Shown here: one piece after another, positions 51,897 to 64,000 of the stretch
Numbering within the stretch: position 1 is the first letter of the stretch
How the letters are laid out: each line of letters begins with the position of its first letter
Source: Sphagnum compactum
Lineage: Eukaryota
Direction of reading: 5' to 3'
DNA length: 64,000 nt
Assembly: GCA_965153455.1 (NCBI GenBank)
Contig: OZ234493.1
Coordinates: 32,106,213 to 32,170,212, forward strand
Program-made: the position numbers and the translations under genes
The notes under the pieces: model-generated
Database searches by the model: none
What the model was told of the DNA's origin: nothing
Seen by the model: only the letters and a program-made list of their open reading frames with translations

Positions 51897-54800
51897 TTAA
51901 CGTGTTTGAAAGTTGAGGAACTTGATGGCAAAGGCAAATGCAACCCAAAAGAGACCCATGAAGACAAAGCAAACCGCGACAACAATTCCCAACCAGTCAT
52001 ACTTGTAGCCAAGGTAGCCCAATACGAAATCCTTGACAGCAATCTGGCTACTGAAGCCGGCAGCCAAGATGGGTGTATTTACATCACCCAGTTGTGATGT
52101 GATGAGACCATACAAAGTCCATGCAACTGGACATATCCAATAATACCATACCCACCAACCTGGCATCTTTGCCTTGGGAATCAGAAAACCTGAAAACAGG
52201 TTCCATAAAGAATAGAACCCAGAAGACGTCACAGCTGCCAATTGCTGGGAGGCAGTGAGCCCCACAGCCATCATTCCATACAATGTAAAGTAGGTGAATG
52301 TCAGAAACATGAACAGGATATACCAAAAGAATTTTGCAGCAGTCCATTCAAAATGGATCATTGAGTAAGTAATCACTCCATAGACAATTGTTTGGGCAAA
52401 AACGTAAGGTACCTCGATCAGTGCCTGAGCACAGGCATAAGACAGGGGTGAGTACATACCAGCTGCCCGCTCCCTATAAAACACTGACCTCTCCACAGAC
52501 ACTACAGGCTGCACACTGGATGCATTATTGACTCCCAGAAATAGCACAGATGCATACAGCACTCCCATCACATTGAACACATCTTGTTGAGTTGCGCGCT
52601 TATCACCCAGCTGCCAAAATATTGATCCAAACAACACTGCAACAACTACTGTGAAGAAGAATCGCACGGCATTGTAGTATGGGCTGCGCCAGTATGTGAG
52701 ATTCTGCTTCCACAGACACGCCTTAAACTGAACAGCCGAGGGCTGGGAAAACTGAGTTGGGAAGCTTAAGTCTTCTGAACCAGGCTTTGGGGTACTCAAC
52801 TCCCTGATGATATCTGCATTCACCTTGTATAGCTCTGAGTTTGCGTATAATAATGCAAAGTTTCTATCAAGCTGTGATTCCATAGCTGGGGTAGTGATCT
52901 CAAGCATCCACGTTGCGGGATTGTAGCCTGCTTTGATTGGTGGTATCCCAGGGAATTGTGAGAAGTAAGCAATCAACTCCTGGGAGAATTGGCCAAGAGG
53001 ACCAGCATATATCGCTTCACCACCACGTTTGACCAGTAGAAGCTCATCAAAGGCCTCAAATATGTTAATGCTCGGTTGATGTATGGTGCAGACAACAGTT
53101 CTTCCTGTGTCCACAGTATTGCGCACTGTGCGCATCACAATTGCAGCTGCCCGAGCATCCAGACCTGATGTAGGCTCATCCATGAAGATGACAGAGGGGT
53201 TGGCAACAAGTTCCACAGCAATTGTAAGGCGCTTCCTTTGTTCTGTAGATAGACCTGTGCTGCCTGGAAGCCCAACTAGAGCATTCTGTAGTGTTTTGAG
53301 CTCTACCAATTCCATGACCTCTTCCACAAAGAGGTTTCGCCTCATACTGTTAACCTCCCGAGGAAGTCGTAACCATGATGAATACAAAAGAGATTCATAC
53401 ACAGTCACCTGCAATCAATCCTTTCCCTACTGAGATGTTTATAGAGTATGATGCTTGTTTCCCAAACATCTGATGTATGAAATTGATTCATTTCAACAGG
53501 CTGCCAGTTTGGGTCAAGGTGATGCCCCCACTGACAGTAATAAGACTGCAATTGCATAGACAGGACCTTCAAGTGAAAACCTAAATACAATCAGTGAATG
53601 AAGACAGAGAACAAGAACCTGTGGAGAATGAATGTCTGTTTGCTCCACATATCCTGAGATTCGTGCAAACGATTTTTGCACTTTGGTGTATCCAGCCACC
53701 TTGATCGTTCCCTCGATGTACCCACCTGTTTTCCTTCCAGCAAGAACATCCATGAGGGTTGTCTTGCCTGCCCCACTGACTCCCATGAGTGCTGTCAACA
53801 CACCAGGTCTGAAAGCACCACTTATACTCCGTAATAGCTGCAATCTCTCTGATGTCAACCCCTGGGCTTTCATCTCAGCAGGCATGTCGACAAAATATGA
53901 CATGTTGTCAAAGGTTAGAGCCAAAGGTTGAAATGGCAGTATCATGCCCTTTTGTCCTTGGGGTTGCTGCTGGCTTGCTGGAACAGTCAGTTGAATGCCA
54001 GCAGAGTCAGTAATAGTAACACTAGTGGTGTTCCCAGAATTGCTAGTCCCAGTCTTTCCATTAAATGCTTCTTCTGAAACAGTTGCTTGAGGCTGACCCA
54101 AAGGCTGCAAATATTTGAGTGCACATACTAATGTGAAATTGAACAAACAAGTGTATGCAAAAAGTACCAAGGCACCAATTCCATACCAGTAGGCTTCAGT
54201 AAACATTCCTTTACTTGTCAGGATGCTATAAGACAATGGCACAGGAGCATTGGGACTAGTAACTTGCCATCGTTTAGCAAGGAACTCATTCACAGCTATG
54301 GCATTTTGAGCATATGAGAGAGGTGAAATCCAGAACCCCCAAATCCACCAATCGGGTATATTGGCCTTGGAGAGAATGAATCCACCAAGCACAAATAGAA
54401 TGAGCAGTGCAAATGAACCAAATGTATTGGCAATTACCATTGTTCGACCAAGAGCACCAATTGTGCGGAACAGACCAATTGCCATCTGGTGCATCAGAAA
54501 CAGCAGCAGCATGTAGCGGAAGAATCTGAAAGCCTCTGGAGCAAGTCCAACAATAAAGTACACGATGCAGGACCATATCAGGGCTTCAATTGCAGAGTAG
54601 GGTATCCGCATGATCCAACCAGGCACACAAAAAGCCCAAGCAGGATAAAAGAGGTTGTCACGCTGTTTGTAGAAGACTGGAAGCCGATAGACTGTAAGAG
54701 CCATCTCTGTGAATGCATTGAACATCATGTGAATCAATGCAAAGAAGAGTGTGCTCATATACAGATACCCATTTTGCTCATCAACTGGATGAAGCCTTGT

Positions 54801-56339
54801 CCGGGGAAACAAAGTAGAACAAATTGTTGCAAGGAGTGCAACCTGAACGGTTCGAAATACATATAAAAACTTATTGCGTTTGATGAGTAACCACTCCCTT
54901 CCTGTGCATGCTTTGAAAAGCTCCCACCTTGACAATGCATACTTTACTTTGACAAGGGCGGCAGGGTGGTTCTTTGCCCTGTCGTATGGAACAGAGAGAT
55001 ACTCCTTCATCTCTTGTCCAATTTTGTAGTCCTGAAAAAACTTTGCTATCTGAGGCACAGACACAAACTCATAGGGTTTTGTCGGGTCTCCCCAGTATTG
55101 TTCCTGATCTTTCTTTGATGTGACCTCTTGAAGAAAATCTGCAATCCCCTTCCGATCTGGGAGCTTAAAGCCTAAGCTCTCAAAAAATGCCAAACTGCTC
55201 TCTCGGGGGCCCATGTACATGATATGGCCCTCTGCCAACAGTATGATGTCATCGAAAAGCTCAAACGTCTCTGGTGCAGGCTGGAGGAGAGCCATCAACA
55301 CTGTTCCTTGCAGTAGATGCACAAAGTCACCAGTCGACCTCACAATCTGAAAGGTTGTAGAACTGTCCAATCCGGTGGAGATGTGATCCATGAAAAGAGT
55401 CTTTGTGGGGCCAACCACCATCTCTCCTGTGGTCACCCTTTTTTTTTGACCTCCTGAGATACCTCGAAGCATGTCACTTCCAACAAAAACATCAGCACAG
55501 ATTTCCAGTCCAAGCACCTTGAGGATGTAGTCTGTGGACAAGCTATGTCTCATCCCTTGCATTGCAGTTCCTTTCATGAATGCATCAATGTGAGGATCTG
55601 GTTGAATGTTCAATTCCCTTTCCCTCCTCCTAAGCTCTTCCAACAGCTCAAACCTCGGACCTACCCCTTGACAGCGAGCAGCAAAATCCAAAGTCTCCCG
55701 CACAGTGAGCTCTCCAATGTGGTCATCATTTTGACTGATGTAAGCAGCTGTTCTTTGGGGTTTGAATTCATTCAGCAAGTGTCCATTGTAAGTGATAGTC
55801 CCAGTTTCACGCAGATCTTTTTCTGATAGCTTGCCAGACAAAGCCAACAAAAGAGTTGTCTTCCCAGCTCCTGGGGGCCCAAGCAACAGAGTCATCCTCC
55901 CTGGTTTGATCACACCACTAATGCCATGCAATATAGAAAGCGGACGTTTATTATTCGGCCGCAAAAGTTTGCATGAAGCAAGGCAAGCTTCAAAAATGTC
56001 ACGGCTGAAGTTGATCAGAGTAGGCTGAGCTCGATCTCCCACATAAACATCTGCACTCACAGATAAATTCTCAAACCGTACCTCAACAGTGGGTAGTACA
56101 AGGCCTACTCGCTCGATTCGTTCTTTGATGTGAAGCAGGAGTTGTGCAGTGTCCTGTTTGCTGGTAGCAAGAGCATTGTCCAAAACCTGTTGACGCTCAG
56201 CTTGCCCATGCAGAAGTCGTTCTAGAGCAGCCCACTCTAGAGATTCTTGAGGTTCAACTCGGTAGTCTGCCGCACTGTTGGTTGTTGTTCCCTGTTGTTG
56301 AAGATACCATGACCTACCATCGTCATTCCAACCAGCCAT
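51897..56339 (-). CDS. ABCG: Full-size ABCG (PDR-type) transporter, NBD-TMD-NBD-TMD, 1410 aa, 2 exons
   Basis: Exon 1 56339-53619 and exon 2 53408-51897 join as [11 protein letters not shown] across a 210-nt GT-AG intron. Motifs: [85 protein letters not shown], and C-terminal LNFQTR. Confidence 0.97.
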
Positions 56340-56916
56340 GATTCTTGCACTCCTCTTTTGCAAGGTGCTATACTACTACTACTACTACTACTACTACTGG
56401 GCCTTCATAACCAAACAAGGAAAGAAAATTTCTTTGATCACACAATCAAAAGTGCCCCCTGCATATCTTTGATCTTTTCACAATCACAATCCCTTTTTGC
56501 ATTTATAATTGATCATGATGAGTATTTGCACAAAAATTTCTAAGAAAATTCAATTCAACTCAATTCCAGTTGCATTTGCAATGCCATTCAATATTTCTTC
56601 ATTCGAATGAAACTTAATTGTCACCAAATCAATTCAATTCTTTCATCAATTACTCAATCGATTGATCATCACTGGTAGTGCGTAGCGTAGCAGCATGGAG
56701 CCCCGAGTTGATTGTGATGAGCATTGCACAAATATCAATTTTACTCTTTGAGAAAGGCAATTTCCTCTAGGAAGTTGATGTGGACCAAAGATACGGTCCA
56801 TCCACACTCTCTCTTCAAGAACAAAGAGACAGGGTGAAAAGAGACCTAGCATGAAGACATCATCAGGGCACAAGAGATGAATCAATATGTGACAGATTTC
56901 AGAGGCAAACCAGATC

Positions 56917-56952
<36 letters not shown>

Positions 56953-57324
56953 CTCTCTTTCTTTCTCTCCAGTGAAAGTCAGTAGTGAATGTCAAGTGTG
57001 TTCACATGGGTGATGCACATAGGAAACTAAGGAGGAAACCAAATTCAAAAGCTCAAAAACAATCATGTGGGAAAAGTCTCTTGGGATTTTGTGCAATCCT
57101 GGAAGCCATGCATAGAGCCTGAAGAAGAAGAAGAAGAAGAAGAACAACAACAACAAAATCAATGCCCAAAAAGTCCCATTGTGCAACAAAGCTCCAAAAG
57201 CCATCCTACAAGACATCAGAGCATCTCATTGTAACAGACATGCGTAACCGCCATTATGGATGAGTTTCATCGTTTTTGTTCTTGGTGCTAATCAACGACA
57301 AATCGTCTCTTTGTCATTAGAGTA

Positions 57325-58700
57325 TTTATTCATCCATCAGCTTGGATTATTATCATCAGAAACCTTGGAGATCATTGCGGATGAAATACATCTTGCTAAT
57401 CACCTATAAATCTCCTCTTAACCTCAACATTCATCCACCCACTCAAATTATTATTATCATTGTGGATGAAATACATCTCGCTAATCACCTATAAACCTCT
57501 TTCTTAATCCTGAACATTCATCTGTAAAACTCGAATTTTTTATTATCATGAAGTCGATGAAATACATTTTGTTAATCACCTATAAATATCCTCTTAGTCC
57601 TCGAACATTCATCCATCAACTCAAATTATTGTTATTAGAAACCATGGAAATCATTGTGGATGAAATACATATCGCTAATTGTGTGTTGATCTCTTTCATG
57701 GGGATTGTTGTGGATGAAACACATCTTCCCAATAATCTACAAATCTCCTTGTAGTCCCAAAACATTCATCGACCGTCTTGAATTATTATTGTTTACACAA
57801 ACAAAAAATTATTATATTGTTATGAAGAAACCATGGAGATCATTGTGGATGAAATTCATCTTGCAACTAATCACTTACAAATATCCTCTTACTTAGTCCT
57901 CAAATATTCATCAACCACTTCAAAAAAATTATCATCCACTAGAACAAAAGGATGTGTCACACTATGGCCTTCCCATTTACATTAAAAAGTATCCTAAGGG
58001 AAAAGAAGAATTATGGAAACTCAAATATTTCACCATACAAAAATATAATCCTCAAAAAATCCTCAAAAAGAAACCAAAAGCCTTCAAGATAATATAACTC
58101 TATAATAACTAATCTCAAGTTTCAACACAAGCCAAAATATCATCTTTCAAATATCCTCATATGAAAATAGACCTATTATTTATTATTACCTAGTAGGGGC
58201 CTATAAAAATCCATTAAGCTACTATATACTCTATAATGAATCTAAACACAATATCCTTGCATTGATAGGCAAGGCCAACAAACTATTGTTAATAAAAACA
58301 ACAAAGATCATTGTGGATGAATTTCATCTCACTAATGATTTACATCGTGAACATGCATCCACCACCTCAAATGATTGATTATTATCCACCTACTCAAATT
58401 ACTATTACCCACCAATTTGTATTATTGTCATCAAAAAAACCATGAAGGTCGTTGTGAATCAAATACATTTTGCTAATCGCCTACAAACCTCCTTTTAGTT
58501 CGTAAACATTCATCCACCAACTCAAATTTCTTTTAATATCCACTAACTCGAATTATTGTTATCAAAAACCATGAGATCATTGTGCATGAAATGCATATTG
58601 TGAATCATCTACAAATAGCCTTTTAGTCCTTAAACATTCATCCGTCAACTTGAATTATTAATATTATCATAAGATTGTGAAGATCATTGTGCATTACATT
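57325..58700. repeat. Degenerate satellite-like array with ~90-125 bp units, about 10 copies in two blocks, upstream of ABCG
   Basis: Unit aaaccatggagatcattgtggatgaaatacatcttgctaatcacctataaat...aacattcatccaccaactcaaattatt at ~57360, 57455, 57550, 57640, 57705, 57830 and 58305, 58440, 58568, 58680. Confidence 0.85.
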
Positions 58701-59314
58701 CATCATAACATAAAATTCTTTTTTTTTAAAAAAAACAAAAGATACTGAAATAATTTGAAAAGTCACCTTGTGTTTGGGTCAAAACCTCCTATTTTAGCCT
58801 CAATTAAAGTTATTGTTTAAAAATGATTAATATTGATATTAGGGATTGTTTAATCCTAATTTTCATAAATTTGAAAACATTCAATTATCTAAGTTAGTTA
58901 TCAAAATCAATTATGGGTTCTTTTGTAAAAAACTCATGAAATCATTGTCAAAATTATTTATTGATGAAATTGACAAGATGCCAATAAAAGTGCCAAGCTT
59001 TGGATGCTTTTAAAAACCCCTATCTTGCAACAATTAAACATTACATTTTAAAGGTGTGTTCACACATTCTGATAAAGGTGTTGGTAAAGGAGATGTAAGT
59101 TACAATTGTTCACATAATGTGTCCAATCATCAACAAATAATGTACATGGCATGCACACATGGCTTACTATCAAACTCATTATCATTTTTGGTAGTGTGTG
59201 GTGATAAATTATTGATGTGGATTTCAAAATCTTTAAAAAATGAACATTCTTGCCCCTATTGAAGATGGTAAGTTATGAACTTGAATTCACAACTAGTAAA
59301 CTATCAACTTGCTA

Positions 59315-59817
59315 TCCTATATATAAAAGCTAAGTTGGTGTCTGTGTGTCCGTCTGTGTGTCACAAGACGTTCTGCGTTTTAACATTACGGCGGAACCGG
59401 CGGCAATTAGGGCAGTTGGGAAACATCTTTGGGGGAGGGAGATGCCTGGTGAAGGAGCGGATGACAGGTGACGGGGCGGGGGGGGGGGGCAGCACGTGCG
59501 GTTTTCTGAGTTTCACCCTGTCTTTTTTTTTTCTTGAGCCGTTCCACTGCTACTACATAGATTTTCACTGCTCCTACCTGTCCAGCTGCTATAAACCTCT
59601 CGAACCTTGTGCATTAAATGCTAAGATTCAGCATTTCGTACTGAGTTTCAGCATTCCATATTGAGATTTAATAAAATTTCTTTACTTTACGGATACCACT
59701 AAAAGAGGGGTTAGGGGGCGAAAGGAAGCCCAAAGATGGTGAATTTGTGAATATCTCTAATACCCACCCGGGCGGGGGGGAGCTTGACGGGTGCATTATG
59801 CACCGGGTTCACACTAG
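59315..59817 (+). mobile_element. Non-autonomous Helitron, 503 bp
   Basis: 5' end is A|TCCTATATATAAAAGC. The subterminal palindrome ggtgcat-t-atgcacc lies at 59790-59804, and the 3' end is CTAG|T. It is inserted in an AT dinucleotide with no TSD, and CpGs are retained, unlike in the flanks. Confidence 0.8.
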
Positions 59818-59999
59818 TATCCATAATTGAGGACCATCCCTCCTCATTCCTATGTGCTACACCTTCTACTTTTTACACCATTCCTCTTTCTCGCATGTTG
59901 TATCTTCTTCGATTATTCCAATCTCTACATTCTTCCACTCCTTCATGCTCAACCTTCCACTCTGCACCTACAAGCGTCAAACATAGACGAATTAATTTG

Positions 60000-61123
60000 C
60001 AATTGATGGAGGCAATTCCATTAAATTCGGCTGGAAGAGGCAAGGGTGCTTCAAAAGGAAGATCGAATGACAACATGGATGGTCAACAACACCAAACAAA
60101 TTGGGAATATAGTGAGGTGCTTGTGTTCATCAAGTGCAAAGAAGTAAAGTACACTACATAGAAGGAGCTTGTAGATCTAAGAACCTATATGGTTCATTCT
60201 ATGCAAAGATGGACAAAGATTGTAGATAAATTTCAAAACATGATCAATGCATAGGTGCCACAAAATTCCAAGACATGCAAGGATAAATATAACGGCCTCC
60301 ATTTAGATTATAAAAAATATATAAACTACCACAAGGGAACCAGCCACAACATTTCTTACTGGGAGTTGGTTGTGGATGAATGTGACAAGCTACACTTGCC
60401 AAGGCAATTTGACTATGGGTTCTATGAGGCAATATATGTGTTCCAAGGAAAGAGGAGTGTCAACAAACTAATCCATGTGAAGGACTTGTAGGTTGATGGA
60501 GATGCAAACTACATTGCGTCAATAGTAAATTCATAGGAAAATCAAGAATTAGCACAACCACAATGTACATTCATGTAGGAAATTCTTGGTGATGACTATG
60601 TTATAAAGAAACAAATTGCAAATGATGGCAATGACACAGTTCCAATTCGGATGAATGTTGTGAACCTGGATGATTTCTCAAAAAACACTCATCGTCATGA
60701 AGTGCCATTTGTCAATTTGTTAAACATTCGAACTTAGGAGCAAACAACAAAAAAATCTTGACCACCCCGGCTACACCTAGAAGTACAAGAGTCAACCAAA
60801 AGCGAAATAATGCATTTTCACTAGTAATTGAAGCAATTGACAAGAACAACAAGGCAATGGTGGAAGCCATGGACCGAGCCATGGATCACATGAATGTTAC
60901 CCATATGGAAATTGAAGAGAAGTGAATGACAGTCCATGGGCGCACCTTCAAAGAGTGCCTCGAATACCTAAAAAAGAGAAACAAAAAACTTCATAAGGCA
61001 AGTCAAAACATGGTGAGTGTCTTTTCTAATGTGAGTGCAACCATGTGTCATGCTTTCATACTTGATGAAAAAAACATGCCTTCACTAGTGAATTTGAACT
61101 CAATTCCATCAAATGAAGAGTGA
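60000..61123 (+). pseudogene. Decayed Myb/SANT (trihelix-like) ORF, probably the DNA-binding ORF of a PIF/Harbinger element
   Basis: TNWEYSEVLVFIKCK...*...RWTKIVD...*VPQNSKTCKDKYNGLHLDYKKYINYH...SYWEL...LHLPRQF. Intronless, several stops, with a coiled-coil-like tail. Confidence 0.65.
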
Positions 61124-64000
61124 TTCATAGATACTAAACTAAGTGCTTTAGAAACATATCCATGACATGAAGATTTCATGATAGAGCAAATGAAACATTA
61201 GTAGGTTTGCTTATAGGAAAAAAATTCACAAAAAATTAGTTTCCATTTCAAGCAACATTGCACAATTGTTTTTCAAAAAACTTCAATTCACACGATGTAG
61301 TTTAATTCTATGAAATTGTTCCAGAATTGTGCGTTGATTTATTCTTGACATTTCCAAACCTTCTTTTGTTTTGTTTTCAGCTTTAAATTTTGTAGCACTC
61401 CCATGTTCTTTCACTTCTCTATGACTAATAGGATGAACATGTACAAGTAAATTACTGAAATTTTATTATAGCTGAGATAGATATTAAAAAGTAGGGTAGC
61501 CATTGATAGTAGGTTTGGTTAGTAGTGACTCTACCTCTATGTGTGAAAGAACCTTAAATATCCTAGTTATATAAACCCCATACCTAGCCTAAAACTTATT
61601 TTGAGAACTTAACTTGAATGAAAACCTTTTACCCCACCCAAGTTTCACCATTTTGAAAGGCTATGGGATAGATCCAATTCTTAATGGCCAATTCTCACAC
61701 AAGAAAGAATTGAATATCAATCAAGGTATCATTAAATCTGATACCTTGCCATGTTTTAATTTTGATACATGGGTGATACCCAACACACGTGCGATACCCA
61801 CCCAACATTGACGATTACTTAATATAATTAAAATAAAAAAAGGAGACACAAGATAATCTCAAATAATGTAGGACTCATCATGGTTCAAACTTAAAAGGCA
61901 CCACCTTCTTCCTTCTAGTAAACTTTATAACTTGGCTTGAAGGTGACATCCAACGATATTTCCAAAAATTTCAAAAGAGGAAGTTTCAATTTTTTTTGTT
62001 GTGAAATTTCAAAACTTTCAAGGCTAATAACTTGTTCCAAACATAAGTAATTAGGATGTTTAAAATTTTCATTCTATAGCCCTTGGAAAGAGATTTTCAT
62101 CATCAAACCAAGCTCCCCAATTTTACATCATTTGACAACCCAAGTAATGTTCTAAATGACCATGAGTCAAATTTTGATCTTGTCATGATTTTTGAAATGA
62201 TCATAACTTTTAACTATAAAATCTCTTTTGTCATTGAAATATTTCAAATGATCCAAAGATAAATTAACTTGAACTAGATTTGACCTTTCAAACTTTACCC
62301 CCAAAAATCATTGGATTGCATATGATGTTGTCAATAATTTTTTTTGATTTTCTTATTGTTACTTAGATTTTATTTTTATTTTCTTTTGTTCCTTAGTTTA
62401 TCGAAAAACCTTGGTGTCCAAATTTTTTTTTCAATGGATTTAGTAATGTTGATGCATGTTTTGAGTTCATGATTGATTAATTGCACAAAGTAGAATTTTT
62501 AAAACCCTTGGGACCCTAAGCCCTTTCTAGACCTATTTCACCTACTTTCAAAGTTTAAGTTAAAAAATTGATCAAATCTACTCATCCATGAAAGGGAATG
62601 CAAAACTAACCATTGGATCCAAAGTTTAGACATTCAAATGTCTTTGGTCAAAAAAAATTGTAATAAAATCCATTCAAGAAATGATGAGACAACCAAGTTA
62701 CATTGAACTCATATAGGTGCTACCCACAATTAAATCTAAAGCTTCTACATATCATTTATGGGAACACATACATGATGTTAGAAGGCTTTAAATAAAATGA
62801 ATCAATCCAACTAATTGTTTGCTTCTAGTTTACTTCTTGTATTATAAGCCAATCCAAGCTCATTAAAATCAGAACCCATACAAATAAGTTCAAGTCTTAA
62901 AGTCTACTTCCTTTGATGCCAATTAGGTTTTGTTGAAGATACATCTAAATTTAAATTTACCTTCATCTGATCAATTAACTCCCAAAAGTTTAAAAATAAG
63001 GACAACTTTTGAATTTAGTAGCAATTATGATCAAGGATTTTCAAAATGTCAAACAAACTAGTAAGACAATTGAGAATGAGAAGCAATTTAATAACAAAAA
63101 CTTGATCAAAATGTGTGCATCTTGAACAAATGAGCATTGTCATTTGGTTGAAATAACAATTGATTCTCTTTATGGAACGCTTTACCTTGAGTACCTCTTT
63201 TTCATGTATTCAATAAAGTCAAGGTATTTAACAATATAATTTATATGTCACATTGATGGGATGTAGTTAACTTGGTACTAACAACATTTATTAATTAATT
63301 CAATTTTTTTGTTATTACAAGTTTTTAATTATATAGTAAGGCTTGATCTTCTACATTTTTGTTGCATCTTCAACTAATCTCAAATACAACAATGAATCCA
63401 AATTTAGTTTTTTCGCTTGTCTTAAAGCACCAAAATGAAGAGGAGTACAAATAAGTGCCTCAAGTGTTTAGCAAACTAAAGGCCATTTTTGGGAGTATAT
63501 GATCTAGATACAGTCCAACAAGTATTAATTAGCCTCTCGATGCCAATTATCGTATTACATATACATGCAACAAAAAGATAATCAAATTTTGCCAAGGGTT
63601 AAAGATTGGAAGTTTTGTTAAACACATTAACCCAAACCCCACAAAGTCATGTAAAAATAGGACGATATAATGTAATGGCAAGTTAATTTTAGCATGCAAG
63701 TAAGTGTTAAAATCAATTAATTTTTATCCTATTAATGTCAATTTGGCACTTGTAAGTTAGAGTTTTTTGAGTTTGGTACATGGGGTTTCTTAAATATTTT
63801 GACTTTGGTTTTTTTTAATCTACATCTTGTCCGTTGCTTTTATGTCATTTTAGCAATTCCATGAGATATCTTGATATTATTCAACATTTGAGTTATAACC
63901 CAAAATATGGATTCCTGAAGTGCGTAAAGTGTGAACAATTTGAAAAAGTAAAAAGAAGTATGAAGAAGCAAAAAGTTGATGTGTGTCATGTGAGTTGGTG

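Noticed and set aside
53409-53618. ABCG as two separate genes or a frameshifted pseudogene
   Set aside because: A clean GT-AG intron joins the two ORFs in frame and restores the conserved [11 protein letters not shown].
57325-58700. CRISPR-like repeat-spacer array
   Set aside because: The context is eukaryotic, the whole units are degenerate copies without unique spacers, and there are no cas genes.

Overview
Eukaryotic nuclear DNA from a land plant, most likely a bryophyte. This is inferred from the spliced RopGEF and PDR genes, the A31/Y41 histone H3 and the heavily decayed AT-rich transposon debris; the species cannot be established from the window. I could reconstruct six intact protein-coding genes by hand with consistent splice phases: an R/S-rich uncharacterised protein (+, 2130-5992, first intron GC-AG); a coiled-coil plus WD40 protein (-, 8055-12280); a PRONE-domain RopGEF (-, 14819-18561); a cornichon (+, 46510-48056); an intronless histone H3 (-, 48785-49195); and a full-size ABCG/PDR transporter with a single intron (-, 51897-56339). 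Regions ~20.6-45.9 kb and 57-64 kb have no recognisable gene. They hold hAT, PIF/Harbinger-like and probable LINE remnants, a MITE, a young non-autonomous Helitron and tandem arrays. The top candidate is a 16-nt GGUGUA-UUUA-UACACC stem-loop followed by ACC, 23 nt after the H3 stop codon. It has the geometry of the SLBP-bound replication-dependent histone stem-loop, which land plants are generally held to lack. Second is the PDR gene, which is nearly intronless and has His in place of the NBD1 catalytic Glu.
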